A stretch of DNA of 64,000 nucleotides from Octopus sinensis (taxonomy: Eukaryota), in the NCBI RefSeq assembly GCF_006345805.1, contig NC_043009.1:37882001-37946000 (forward strand), given 5' to 3'. Below are positions 25,160 to 38,546 of this stretch, in pieces. How positions within the stretch are numbered: position 1 is the first letter of the stretch; every line of letters starts with the position of its first letter. The notes under the pieces were generated by a model, which had not been told where the DNA came from, did no database searches, and worked only from the letters and a program-made list of their open reading frames with translations. The position numbers were made by a program, and so were the translations under genes.

Positions 25160-25874
25160 CAACCTCTTTCATACCAACCTGATTGAGACCATCCCTGTTC
25201 TATGATACAAATTTCCTGTTGAAACCTTTTTGATATCAACCTGTCCAAGACCACCCTAGTTCTGTGATATAAAAAAAAAAAATGCACCCTTTTAAAGCCT
25301 AGCCAGGATCGTGGGCCCAGTTTCCCGGTTTCAATGGCGTATGTGTTCCCCAGCTGGATGGGACACCAATCCATTGCAGTGTTACTCATTTTTACCAGCT
25401 GAGTGGACTGGAGCAACGTGAAATGAAGTGTTTTGCTCAAGAACACAACGTGTCGCCCGGTCCAGGAATCGAAACCACAATCTTACGATCATGGTGCTGA
25501 CACCCTAGCCACTAAGCCACGCGCCTCCACTCTGTGATATAAACTTGGTTTTAAATTGATTTAAACTAAAACCTCGTATAAAAATTTCATGCTAATTTAT
25601 GTCACCAAAATCAGCTTTATAACGACAGAGTTATTTGACCAAATTCTTCATTATTTAAAAAAAATTGATTGAGACAAAAGCAGTGTATTTTATCAGAAAT
25701 GTGGTAACAAAAGAGTGACTGGCCTAAATTAAAACTTCCCACAAACATTTTATGCTAATTTGTTTCAAATACCAGAATGATAGTGACAAAGTTATTTTAT
25801 TAAATTCTTGGTTATTTTCAAAATTAACTGAAAGAAAGGTAGTGTATTTTAACAGAAAAATGGTAACGAAAGGG
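25160..25874. mobile_element. Nested or tandem piggyBac-type MITE family 1 fragments
   Basis: Internal sequence matches 10068-10288; ends GTAACGAAGGG-TTAA. Confidence 0.6.
25274..25530 (-). mobile_element. Family C SINE, young copy with TSD, nested in a MITE
   Basis: TSD tctgtgatataaa at 25261 and 25531; head gtggaggcgcgtggcttagtgg on the minus strand. Confidence 0.88.
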
Positions 25875-26578
25875 TTAATGAATGAATTATGGTATAAACA
25901 CATGAATACACACAGAAACAGGTAGTCAATAATAGTGTATGAGGTGGGTGAGATTTGCTGCTATTTCTAACAAACTGAATAACCACATAATTGTTTAAAT
26001 CCAGGTAAGCATAGGGCTAGTAGACCTACGATCAAAGAATTCCAGCCTTGAGTATTCCATCTTTCTGAATGTATATCAGAGACTACATTGTTCAAAGTCT
26101 TTATTTAAGACAATGGTATGTAATTCGAGGGAAATTTAGTTGCTATTTCTAGCAGGGTGAGCATACATTATAATCACAATCCTCATTATAAATTTCTTCA
26201 TTTTCAAGACAATTGCAATTATCTTTTATACTAGACACTGTCTAGATGATATAACCGAAATGGAAAGATTAATTAATTCTATCTAATGATATATATTTAT
26301 TCTTGCTTTAAAATTTGTTTTCATAGACTCGTTAATCCACTGATTATGGTTCATGTGTGTGAAAACATATCTAACTCTGAGAACTAAGATCTAACTCAAC
26401 TATTTACAGCCTTATGTTTTTCTGTCCTAGACTCTACTTCAATTTTCCGGCATGAATAGACACAATGTGTGTGTAATTGGTCATAATATTTAAGGCTAGT
26501 AAAAAGAAATGAAGGAAATGTTATTCAGGTAATTTACGCACAGGTATAGAAAGTCATCAAATTTTGCAAGGAAATTAA

Positions 26579-26798
26579 CCCTTTCGTTACCAACCTGGCC
26601 GAAACTGGCTCTGGTTCTGAGTACAAACGTCTTGTTTTCATAAGTTTTAAATTAAAACCTTCCACCAAACCTTAGTCGCAATTTATGTTCCTAACACTAG
26701 ATAAATGATAACTAAGTTATTTTACTAAATTCTTTGTTATATTTAAAGTAATTGAAAGAAACACAGAGCATCTCAAAATAAATATAGTAACGAAAGAG
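26579..26798. mobile_element. piggyBac-type MITE, family 1
   Basis: TTAA-CCCTTTCGTTAC ... GTAACGAAAGAG-TTAA. Confidence 0.85.
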
Positions 26799-27039
26799 TT
26801 AAACAAAATAGAATGAAATAAAATATTTACATTACTACATTTAAGAATTTGCTAGTAACTTGTTAAATGTAATAAATATTTTATTTTATTTTATTCCATT
26901 TCATTTCTTTCGAAAATGTGAAGACTTTTTGTACCTGTTTATCAATAAATTAAGGAATTCCTTCATTTCTTCTTCTACTAAGACCACCAACATACTATTC
27001 TGTACATTACCAAAATATTTTTTTCCCCATATATATCTA

Positions 27040-27240
27040 TCATTATCATCATTTGACTTTTTTTTCCATGCTGGCATGGGTTGGATGGCTTGGCAAGAAC
27101 AGATGAGCCAGAGGGTTCTGCCAGGTTCTATGTTTGTTTTGGTATGGTTTCTACAGCTGGATACCCTTCCTAACACCAGCAAATTAACAGAATGTACCAG
27201 GCCCTTTTTACATGATACTAACACTGGTGAGGTTGCCAAT
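27040..27240 (-). mobile_element. Degenerate RTE-type 3' UTR
   Basis: ttccatgctggcatgggttggatgg...ctacagctggatacccttcctaacacc. Confidence 0.65.
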
Positions 27241-27319
27241 TACCTGCAAGACAAAACCCCTCAACTGAACAGAGTATAGACTGGAGGAATAAGAAACTTT
27301 ATATTATATTATATATATA

Positions 27320-27657
27320 AAGGTATATGGCTCAGTGATTAGAGTGTTGGGTTCACAATCATGAGGTAGTGAGTTTAATTCCTGGACTGGGCTGTGTATT
27401 GTATTCTTTCTTGTGCAGGACATTTTATTTCACATTGCTGTAGTTTGTTCAGCTGCTAGAATTGAGTTGGAATGTCACTGGTACCAAGCTGTATCAGCCT
27501 TTCCCTTAGATAACACTAGTGGCATGAAGATGGGAGGCTGATATGCATGGGAAATTACTGGTCTTCCATAAACAACCTTGCTCGGACTTGTGCCTCAGAG
27601 GGGAACTTTCTAGATGCAATCCCATGGTCATTCATGACAGAAAGAAGTCTTTAGCCT
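27320..27657 (+). mobile_element. Family C SINE, long-tail variant
   Basis: Matches 55376-55690. Confidence 0.8.
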
Positions 27658-28159
27658 ATATATATATATATAATATACACACACAGATACAGGAGTGAAA
27701 CTGAAGTTGACTGATAACATCCTTTCTGTTTTATTCCTTTAGTCATATAACTGTGGCCATGCTGGGGCACCATCTTGAAGGGTATAGGTGTTAAAATTGG
27801 TCCAAGTAATTATTTTAAGGCTGGCACTTATTCTATCATTGCTTTTTCCTTGAACTGTTATGTTATGGAGCTGTAGTGAAGCTAATGCCAGTTTCTAAGC
27901 CAGTCATGGGCAGATTGCAATGTTTTCTGAATGGCCTGCCTGATTTCATGAGGAAAATAACGTCCATTCGAATTTTGTTTGTCTAATTTCTATGTCATTT
28001 GTTCATACACACAATCTCTCTCTCACTCAAAAAGGTTGGGGAAAGCTGGTATTGAAGGGAATAATTATTAAACACCTGACCAACCTCTCTTATTTAATGC
28101 CTGTTACATATGCGGGTACCTCCTTTGTTTTTGTTTTTTTTAATGTGGGCTTGAATGTA

Positions 28160-28236
28160 AGTTAGCACCTGTGGCCCACTTGATGATGAACCATGTCTCA
28201 TGTGGCCCGCTTCTTGAAAGAGGTAGCCCATGCCTG
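28160..28236. mobile_element. hAT-like terminal fragment
   Basis: Two tgtggccc motifs, ending tagcccatgcctg (reverse of a CAGGCATGGGC-type TIR). Confidence 0.4.
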
Positions 28237-28753
28237 TTCTAAGCAGTGAGAGACAAATACAAAGATTCACACAAACAGACAGACTCGTATATAAATGCGA
28301 ACAGTCACACATATAAATACATACACAAACACACAGAATGGGTTTCTATAGTTACTAACTACGAAACTTATAAAATATTGGTTAGCCTAGGGCTATAATA
28401 GAAAACTGTAACACAAGATGCTACAACTGTAGAACTTAAAACCAAAAACCTCATAGTTACAATGTGAATTTCTTAAATCACACAGATATGCCAAAATCTA
28501 TCCTGTACACTTTATTTTTTGTTTTTCAAATTTCTAAATTTTGATAAGAATTCATTCAAAACTGTTGAAGACTTAAAGACAAGACATGACAATAAAACCA
28601 AAAAGATGAACCATTTTTTTTTTTTTCATATCAATTTTATGATCCGCAGAGATTGCATGAGAAAGGGAATGGAAGTAGTGGTGTTTATATTATTTTAGTA
28701 TTTCACCTTCTGGCTAGTTATTTTACTCTGAAATTTATTTTCTCCCCATACAC

Positions 28754-28834
28754 CATGGCTTCAATAACAAGCTATCTGTTTTAATAGCATTTAGGAAGTG
28801 ACCAATGAAAACAGAGAAAAGACTTTCTTTTAAC
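28754..28834 (-). CDS. Candidate 81-nt internal exon (LKESLFSVFIGHFLNAIKTDSLLLKP)
   Basis: Acceptor tgatattttgccag; open frame in phase 2; weak donor (TG|gtgtat, or an alternative 2 nt away). Confidence 0.3.
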
Positions 28835-29315
28835 CTGGCAAAATATCATATATAATCAAAATTTCATCGTTACTGACAGATAGCTCTCCTCTGCCTTCCT
28901 CACTCCACATCCTTCTAATAACATGAACATTAATAATTCAAAAATATTGTTCGACTTTGATGCAAAAATTTACAATTTTATTTTAAAAAGATTTAGTTGT
29001 CCTGAGGACACATAATTCATTAGTAGTGAACATACAGTTACACGTTTAAAAAATTGTTTCTGTTTAAGATATGAGCTATATGCATGTATGTATGTGTGTG
29101 TATATATATGAGAGAGAGAGAGAGAAAGAAAGAGAGAGAGAGTGGAAAGCATACACATACATGTGTGCAGATAGATGAATAGTCAACTCTTTGTCAGAGA
29201 CAATATACTATACACACAACCTGCTCCCATATATATGTACGTATGTGTATATACATATGTGCGTGTGTATGTGTGTATATATATATATGTGTATGTATGT
29301 ATGTGTATAAACATA

Positions 29316-29367
<52 letters not shown>

Positions 29368-29704
29368 CATACACATATATATCAACCCCGAAAGGATGAA
29401 AGGCGAAGTCAACCTCATATATATATATATGAAAGCTACCAATTGAAACTTAATCTCCCACACAAAACAAATTTTATAATAAAATGGACTCCAACCTTTA
29501 GTAACTAGCATTTTATATTACACCTCAGTGAATCAGTGATAGTTTAATATAAAACTAGCTGCAATTCTACCGCAATATACAATATCTTCCTAACACAATA
29601 ATATAAACCTTTGTATCTACCTTAATATAAATGTCTGCCTAATATCAATAATAATACTGTATAGATTCAAGTCTGCCTAATATTTAAGTCTACCTTATTA
29701 TTGA

Positions 29705-30425
29705 TTTGCAAATTTTGGCACAAGGCCAGCAATTTCGATTACATTAACTCCAGTGCTCAAATGTTTCTTGCTTTGCGAACCATGAAAATCTGAAAGGCAA
29801 AGTCAACCTTGGTGGAATTTAAACTCAGAACATAAAGACGCTAAGCATTTTGCCTAATATGCTCAGGTTTGTCCCCTTAGTCTAATGTTGGTTTTAAATT
29901 TTGGCACAAGGCCAGCAATTTTGAGGTAGGGGTTAAGTTGATTACATTGATCCCAGCATTCAACTGGTACTTATTTTATCAATCCCAAAAGGATGAAAGG
30001 CAAAGTGGACATCGGCAGAATTTGAACTCAGAACGTAAATAAAGATAAGCGAAATGCCACTAAGCATTTTGCCCAGTGTGCTAACAATTCTGCCAGCTCA
30101 CCTTAATATTCTTTCCTATTCTAGGCACAAGGCCCGAAATTTAGATCGACCCCAGTACACAACTAGTACTAAATTTATCAACCCCAAAAGGATGAAAGGC
30201 AAAGTGGACATCGGCAGAATTTGAACTCAGAACGTAAATAAAGATAAGCGAAATGCCACTAAGCATTTTGCCCAGTGTGCTAACAATTCTGCCAGCTCAC
30301 CTTAATATTCTTTCCTATTCTAGGTACAAGGCCCGAAATTTAGATCGACCCCAGTACACAACTAGTACTAAATTTATCAACCCCGAAAGGATGAAAGGCA
30401 AAGTCGACCTCAGCGGAATTTGAAC
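29705..30425 (-). mobile_element. Cluster of family M SINEs including a 199-bp tandem duplication
   Basis: ggatgaaagg at 29991, 30190 and 30389; near-identical units. Confidence 0.88.
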
Positions 30426-31199
30426 TTAATATTAAATGTACTTTCATGTTGCTATATAGACTAAGTTGGGATATTGGTAGAATTATTGGAACATCAAATA
30501 CAGTGTTCTTTTTCCTTGGGATGTGGGTTTCAAATCTTACTGAGGACCTCATTTCCTTTCAACCTTTCAAGATTGATAAAGTACCAATCCAATATTGAGG
30601 CTGATTCAGTGTCTTTTTCTCACTATTTGTCTGTCTCTCAGTCTGTCTGTCTTTCTCTGTTTAACTATCCTGTCAGCTTGTCTGTTTTTCTGTGTCTATC
30701 AGTTTGTCCATTTTTTCCATGCCAGCATGGGTTAGAGAAATACATATTATCACGGCTGTAAAATAACATATCAGTAGCATATATCCTACTAACCCACAGG
30801 GAAACAAATACAAATGAACAGTAAAAATGCTCCTTGTCCACAACAGTAACATTTGTAATATCAAACTATATACCTTCTTGTCCACAAACAGTAATATTCA
30901 AATATATATATAGAAAAAAAAGATCTATAGGTAAAATTATAAAGAACAAGGGACGGAAAAAAAAGCAGCAGTGTTTATAAAGAAATGTTTGTTAAACGAA
31001 GCATGTCAAACATCTTCAGGTTAATAGACAATACATGCCAGACATCAAAACGAGGAACTGCACAATTGAAATTTCACTCAAGTTGATGGTGTTTTTAACA
31101 AATTACAATGAAAAGATTGTGAAACAAATACAAATAAGAAAAAAGGCTATAAGAATGAGAGAAATGTTTATAGAAAGGTAGAATGGTAGTAAGATGATA

Positions 31200-31790
31200 T
31201 AAAAACTGTTCTGAGAGAGAGAAGGATAGGTAGAGAAGGATAGGAAGTGAAGGACAGAGAAATAGCAATAGAAAGATAGAGACACAGATATAGGGAGAGA
31301 AAGAGGATGAAGAAAGAGGAGGAGGGAGAAAGGGAGGGAAGGAAGGAAAGATGAAGGAGGGAAAAGGAATATGAAGGAACAGGAGGGGAAGGAAAAAGAG
31401 GAGGGAGAGAGGAATAGAAAGAGAGAGGGCTAGGTAGAGATGGATAGAGAAGTAGAGAGACAGAGGAGGAAGAGAGGAGGAGAGGGAGAGAAGGGGAGGG
31501 AATGAGAAAGGGCAGGAGAGAGAGGAGGGAGAGAGGAATGGAGGGCGAGAGAGAAGGGTAGGTAGAGATGGATAGAGAAATAGAGATAGAGAGACAGATA
31601 GAGGGAAACAGAGAGGGAAGAAGAGGAGGAGAGGGAGAGAAACGGAAAGAAGGAGAGGGATTGAGAAGGTACAGGAGGGAAGAATGGACAGGAAAGAAGA
31701 GAAAGGAAGGGAGAGAGAAAGGAGAGAAGGGGAAGGATAGAGACAGAGAGGAAGAGACAGAGAAGAGAGCAAGGTAGGGAGAGAGGACCA
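31200..31790. repeat. AG-rich low-complexity polypurine tract
   Basis: Almost exclusively A/G on the plus strand. Confidence 0.92.
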
Positions 31791-32260
31791 AACAAGTGAT
31801 ATTCCTCAATTCCTCACTCCCCACCCACATTCCCCTCCCTGCCACAAAAGAATTTCTGCTTAATGGAGTGCTATAAAACAATTTATGGTCTTATTTTTAT
31901 CTGCAGTGATATTATTGTATTTCAGTTTCTTTGATAAAGCCAACTCCAACTTTGAATCATTAAACAAATAATATCATATCATACATACATATGAGCATTC
32001 GTCAGTGTGGTGGTTGTTGTTGGTGTTGTTATCCTCATCACTGATAAACTGGTATTGATTTCGAGAGACAGTTGAGAATATTTTGCAAAAAGATCTTGTG
32101 TCATTGTTAAGAAATAATGGCCAAATGCTTACACAGTAAAACTTTGAATTGCACACACGAATATGTGTGTGTATGTATGTATGTATGTATATATATAATG
32201 TAAAATGCTCCTTGTAAAATGCTGTAATATATATATATATATATATATAATGTAAAATGC

Positions 32261-32299
<39 letters not shown>

Positions 32300-32871
32300 T
32301 AAAGAAAGAATATATATGTGTGTATGTATGCGCACGCATATGTTAGTATGTATGAATATATATATTAATTATATATATGTGCATATGTATATATATTCAT
32401 GTGCGTGTGTGTGTATATATATATGTTTATTTGATGTAGAAATCTTCAGAGCACATCAATGGTAAAATCAATTTAGTAAAAAAAGGGGAAAGAACTTAGC
32501 TGTTACATACAAGATAAAATGCAAACAGTTTAATGAATTGTGCATAACTAAGATAGTGGATGTTAACGAACAAGTGAAAAATGAGAGCTTTGGTCATATG
32601 AAACTCTCGTAGAGTCTGGACTGTTTCAATTGTGTATTCCAGCAATTCTTTGAAACCATAAGAGAAATGTCTTGTCTTGTAGACACTTTACTTAACTCTT
32701 GTTTTCCTTTTTAGTTTCTTTCTTTCTTTCTTTTTTTTTGTATTAGGAATGTTATATTTTATTTGTGTTTAAGATGCCTATGACTTGAAATGGACTTAGC
32801 TGGCTTCAATATCTTTCAGACACGAAACTATATGTACTGTTTAGTCACTTGAGAACACTTGGTAGGTTTAC

Positions 32872-32951
32872 CATATCGTTGTTATGTCTGGTAAAAGTTG
32901 GCCTTTAATTACATGGTGGATGGTTACTGAAAGTCTACGATTGATTTTGAT
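32872..32951 (-). CDS. Candidate 80-nt internal exon (IKINRRLSVTIHHVIKGQLLPDITTI)
   Basis: Acceptor ccttttaccttcattatag, donor TG|gtaaac; phase 0 to 2 bridges the neighbouring candidates. Confidence 0.4.
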
Positions 32952-33178
32952 CTATAATGAAGGTAAAAGGCTAAGAGAAATATATATTAAGCTGATAATT
33001 AAAGTGTCTTTCTGTGATGGAGTTAACATATGTGTGTGTGGAACAAATAGCTCTGGAAATGGTATTGTTACTATTCCTAATATTTTGGAAGTGTGCAGTG
33101 AGAGTTGCTAAACTTGCAGCAAACTAAGCATTTCTGTTCATAAAAATTAGAATTCAAGAAAAATACAACAGTTTAGAC

Positions 33179-33823
33179 CAGTGGTTCTCAACTGGGGTCC
33201 ATATAAAATTTTGCTGTTAAAATTTATCTGCAATAAAGTAGTTAGACTTTTACATAACTCTTTTACTTGTTTCAGTCATTTGACTGTGGCCATGCTGGAG
33301 CACTGCCTTTAGTCGACCTAATCGACCCCCAGGACTTATTCTCTGTAAGCCTAGTAATTATTCTATCGGTTTCTTTTGCTGAACCGCTAAGTTACGGGGG
33401 CGTAAACACACCAGCATCAGTTGTCAAGCGATGTTGGGGGGAGAAGCACAGACACACAAACATGTACACGCATTTACACACACATATATATTATATATAT
33501 GATGGGCTTCTTTCAGTTTCCGTCTACCACTCACAAGGCTTTGGTCGGCCCGAGGCTATAGTAGAAGACACCTGCCCAAGGTGCCACACAGTGGGACTGA
33601 CTTGGAACCATGTGGTTGGTAAGCAAGCTACTTACCACACAGCCACTCCTATGCCTATATTACACAAAATATTTTAGCAATTTTTGTTTTATGCAGTTCC
33701 TAATAATATTTAATTCTAAAAATATAATAGGATTTTTTAAACATTGAATGACTATGAGCGTCCACTCGAGTAAAATAGGAATCAAAGAGATCCATAGGTA
33801 AAAAAAATAGTTGGAAAATACTG
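33179..33823. mobile_element. hAT (Charlie-like) MITE with nested SINE
   Basis: CAGTGGTTCTCAAC ... GTTGGAAAATACTG; 8-bp TSD gtttagac/gtttagat. Confidence 0.8.
33257..33657 (-). mobile_element. Family A SINE nested in the hAT MITE
   Basis: Matches the family A consensus. Confidence 0.9.
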
Positions 33824-34792
33824 GTTTAGATTCTGAATGAATTTCAGTAAATCCAAGAATGAGACTAGTGATAATAAACTTATAAATTTAATAAGCAATG
33901 CATCTATGTGTTTGTGGGTAGAAGGTAAATGATATTGTGTGCTTCAATTTGGATATAAATCATCTTTTATGTCTACCTTCAGTACTGGTATAAGTTGGAC
34001 AATCTGATAGGATGCGATGGGCCTGAAGTGTAATGTGTATCAATGTTTGTTTTGGCATGGTTTCTATCACCGGATGCCCTTCATATTGCCAAACAATTCA
34101 GAGTGTACTAGGTACTTTTTTTTATAGCACCATCACTAGTGAGTCCACTTATGCAGTTTGCATGACTAAGATCTTTGACTGAGTGGGGTTACAGAAGAGG
34201 AGGGTAGCTTTTGGCTTTAAAGTAGAAAGAAGAAGCAAAAGTAGAACAGGTTTCCTCAGGAGAGGAGCTACAAGGTTATAGAAGAGTACGGTGGGAGTAA
34301 CTGGGGTGGAGCTAGAGGGAGAGAGAGAGAAAGAGAAAGTGGTGATGAAGTATCAAGGTGGAACTTGAAGGTACAAGGTGTATAGAAACGATGATTAAAA
34401 TCTGATAATTGAAACGTTGTACTTCTATATGATAACGAACATACCAAAATACTTTAACAGAAGTAGCTACTATAATCAGTATATACTGTATGTGTATGAT
34501 CATCAAAGAAGTGGCTTGGCAGAATTCTTTAGAATATCAGGCAAAAAGCCTGTGATAATTAGTTACAGCTCCAAACATTCCGTGTTAAATCTCACCAAAG
34601 CTAAATTTGTCTTTTATCCTTCCAGTGTTGATGAAATAAAATACCAGTCATATGTTGGGGTTGTTTTAATATTTCTATAAAGTATCTTAGACTGTGATAA
34701 CAGAAAACACAATACTGTGTTATGTCTGTGTTTTGTTTATCTTCCCAATGCTGGTATTGGTTGCAAAGTCCTGTTCCAGCAGAGTGTCTTAC

Positions 34793-34900
34793 CATTTGCT
34801 GTGACTCTTCAACATCTGGCATTATTTGTTTGCAAGATAGGTAATCATTAATAGCCTTCCTTAAATTATACCTTATCTTTTTCAACATATTGGGGGCTAT
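34793..34900 (-). CDS. Candidate 108-nt internal exon (IAPNMLKKIRYNLRKAINDYLSCKQIMPDVEESQQM)
   Basis: Acceptor tttttatgcaaccag, strong donor ATG|gtaaga; only one frame open; phase 0-0. Confidence 0.45.
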
Positions 34901-36829
34901 CTGGTTGCATAAAAACCATATAGCTATCTGTCCACACACACACACAATATTAATGCTTGTTTTTGTGTCAAGTTGTGTATAAAAACAAATTAGCACAAAA
35001 CTGAAGAATTCATCATCATCATCATTGTTTAATGTCAGTCTCCCATGCTAGCAATTACTCATTACTTTTTAGTAGAGTACACAATTATTAAACTTCTACA
35101 AGAAGCTTTCATCAGACTACATAGATATAAGTGTGTGAACACACACACACACACACTTTTATAGTCATCTTTTAATTCATTTGTGCTAGTATGGGTGAGA
35201 TACTTTCAACAATGCAAATTTATTCATTTGCATATTATTGGCGCAATCTGTTTTTACACTTGGATAACTTCCTTACTGCTAATAACGGTAAGGAACAGAT
35301 GCATCTTATTATCCAGATGCACAACACAATAATGGTAACATCAAGTTTTGAACACATGACTATGTCGCCAGTGCTTCAGTAAAGGCAGCAACAGAAGCAA
35401 CATCTTCTGATCTGTGCCTAAATATTGAACATCAGGTTTCCATGCTTCGATGCCATTTCTGATGAACACATGTAGCTAGATAAATCAATAGTAAAAACGG
35501 CCATACTTCAAACAGCATGGCATGTGCCTCATGTTAATGGAATAATTCAAACAGACATCATGTGAACATGGAATGTCTGTCTAACATCGTTGATGGTTCC
35601 AGGCAGACACTAACTTTTACTTGAAGTATTTCAATACCAAAACTATTTAAAACATTATAAAGCATTTCAAGGCTGTCATGTTGAATAAATGCTACGACTG
35701 CTAAAACAACAAGTTGGATGTGCAATATTCATGATGATGTTGTTAATCACCATAAAACGAAAATATATAATAGATGAGAAGGAAATTTTGTGGCAAGCAG
35801 AAAAGAAAATGGTTGAAACACAAATACAGTTATTTATTAAATGATTCCCCAATGCTAGCATTTAATTATTCATTTCTTATATTGAGACATAGCTGTGTGG
35901 TTAAGAACTTCTTTGTAAGGCATGTCGTTCTAGGTTTAGTTCTACAGCATGTTACTATGGGGGCAAGTGTTCCCTAGTGGAGCCAGGGGTTGATTAATAT
36001 CTTGTAAGTGCAATTTGGTAGATGGAGGATGTGATTGTTCTCTCTCTCTCTCTGTATATGTGGTTAAGAAGTTTACTTCTTCCCAGTCACATGGTTCCAG
36101 TCCCCACTTCATGGTAGCTACAATAACCCTGGGCTGATCAAAACCTTGTGAGTGGATTAAGTCAAGTGAAATAGGAAGAACAACATGCATATGTGTGCAT
36201 GTGTGATTAAATCTCCTTGTCTTGACATTGCATGATAGTTGTAAATGAGTGTCACTGCCACACAAGCAGTATCACTCTTGAAGCATTTTACTGAAGACTG
36301 TAATAATAGCAGCATCATTTAAAAACTTTCAAACCATGTGCCAGATTTTGGTAAAATTTGAGAAAAACAATAAAATAGTAATATATCATTAGGTTTTATT
36401 CATTCAAATTATAATCTCTTTAAAAAAAGAAATAGTCAAAGAATATATTGCAGAATTGTTGCCATATTTATTAGCTCTAAAATGGTAAAGTGACACACGT
36501 AGAATGACTGGCTATGATCAATAATAATAAATGAGAAATACGCAGTAACAACGGACGGAAGTTATTTTGTTCTACAGCTTTAAGGAAATTTGCTTTTCAG
36601 TTTGGTGCGGCTGTTTTGTCTTCCTTCTGCCAATAGAATTTGGACACGCTTAGAAAATGGTGGTGATGGTGGTGGTGGTTTAGAGTGGAATGTAGCTTCA
36701 GTGTTTTCATTTGATACAATGTCCAAATCGAAATTAAAAAAATGCAAAGGAAAAATCAAAAACAAAACAAAACAAGAAACAAAAAGAAAAAGAAAAAAAA
36801 ATGTTCTTTGTTGTTAAATTAACTACTGT

Positions 36830-37150
36830 CTTTCTTTTATCTTTTACTTGCTTCAGTCATTGGACTACAGCCATTCTGGAGCACTGCCTTGAAGGGTTTT
36901 AGTAGAACAAGTTAACTCAGGCATTTATTATTTTTATGTCAGATACTTATTCTATTGCACTCTTTTGCCAAACTGCTATGTTATGGGGATGTGATACCAG
37001 TTGTCAAATGTCACACACACAAACATGATGGGCTTCACACAGTTTCTATCTACTTAATTCACTTTGATGGCATTGGTTGGCCCTGAACTCTAGCAGAAGA
37101 CTTGCCTAAGTGGGATTGAACCTAAAACCATGTGGTTGCAAAGTGACCTT
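36830..37150 (-). mobile_element. Family A-like SINE, old copy
   Basis: Diverged match. Confidence 0.65.
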
Positions 37151-37194
37151 ACAGCCATGCCTGTACCTATGTCCAAATATAATTGCTTTTAATT

Positions 37195-37400
37195 CAAGTA
37201 CAAGGCCAGCAATTTTGACAGGGAAGGGATTTGAGAGGATTAGTCCATTGCATCAACTCTAGTACTTGATTGGTACTTTATTCAATCCAGGATGAAAGGA
37301 TGACAGGCAAAGTTGATTTAAGCAGGATTTGAACTCAGAATGTAGAGATTGGAATGAACGCTGTAGGGCATTTTTTTCTTTCCTGATTCTTTAATGATTC
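37195..37400 (-). mobile_element. Family M SINE, degenerate
   Basis: aaggatgacaggcaaagttg...gatttgaactcagaa. Confidence 0.65.
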
Positions 37401-37886
37401 TGATCCTGAACATAATAATGACTTTGTAGAATACAGAAAATAACAAGAGAAATCAGTAAATTAAGGGATAGCTGTAGTAAAGTAAAAACAAAAACATGGC
37501 ATGACAAACAGGATTGTATGAATGGTTGAGGCAAAGAAGAATTACAAGTTAAAAAAGATTACAATGAAATGAAATAGAAAGGAATTATGTGGAATGGAGG
37601 TAAAGATGGGGAAGAAAAATAGAAAACAAATGAGAAAGAGAAGAGAGAACCAAGATGTATTACTTAAAAATGATCAGAGTAAGAAAGAGGAGGAAAAAGA
37701 TATGCACCATGCGTTAGGATTTTGTTTTTAGTTTTAATTACGATAATTCTTTTTAAAGTCAGTCAGTCTCCTCTCCTTTTACACTGAGACTGAGATAACA
37801 TTTTTTATATTAAAAATTAAGAAAATAGAAAACTGTGAAAAGAGAATTTATTCAAGCAAAATTTTCCAAGATATAAATTACACAAT

Positions 37887-38270
37887 GGTGCAGGAGTAGC
37901 TGTGTGGTAAGTAGCTTGCTTACCAACCACATGGTTCCGGGTTCAGTCCCACTGCGTGGCACCTTGGGCAAGTATCTTTTACTATAGCCTCGGGCTGACC
38001 AAAGACCAAAGCCTTGTGAGTGGATTTGGTAGATGGAAACTGAAAGAAGCCCATCGTATATATGTATATATACATGTGTGTTTGTGTCTCTTGACAACCG
38101 ATGCTGGTATGGTTACATCCCTATAACTTAGCGGTTCGGTAAAAGTGACCGATAGAATAAGTACTAGGCTTACAAAGAATAAGTCCTGGAGTCGATTTTG
38201 CTCGACTAAAGGCGGTGCTCCAGTATGGCCACAGTCAAATGACTGAAACAAGTAAAAGAGTAAAAAGAGA
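37887..38270 (+). mobile_element. Family A SINE
   Basis: Matches the family A consensus. Confidence 0.9.
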
Positions 38271-38546
38271 AAGAGAGAATGTACAAAATGGGTTGAAAAT
38301 GTCTTTGAGAATCCTTACAAAAGCCCGAAGGAGAATGCAAGGTAGAAAAAGGGAAAGCTTGTTATTGTTAGTTAAAGGTAAAATAAAAAAAAATTGCTTA
38401 ATAAATAGCAGTGCTCCAGTATGGTGACAGCCAAATGACTGGAACTCCAAAGAGATTAACAGATTTTCTTGGAGCTTCTTTAAGAAGAAAATGTGGACAC
38501 AGATATTTATTCTTTTTATAAACCCAACAGCAAGACATATAATCAT

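Noticed and set aside
28094-28312. GC-richer ORF or exon with a good acceptor
   Set aside because: It overlaps hAT-like terminal motifs, has a weak donor, and two of the three possible joins to the neighbouring candidate exon create stops
31095-31881. 225-aa and 237-aa L/S/P/F-rich ORFs
   Set aside because: They result from a stop-free polypurine low-complexity tract
35330-35850. Possible transposase relic
   Set aside because: All frames have multiple stops and no recognisable motif
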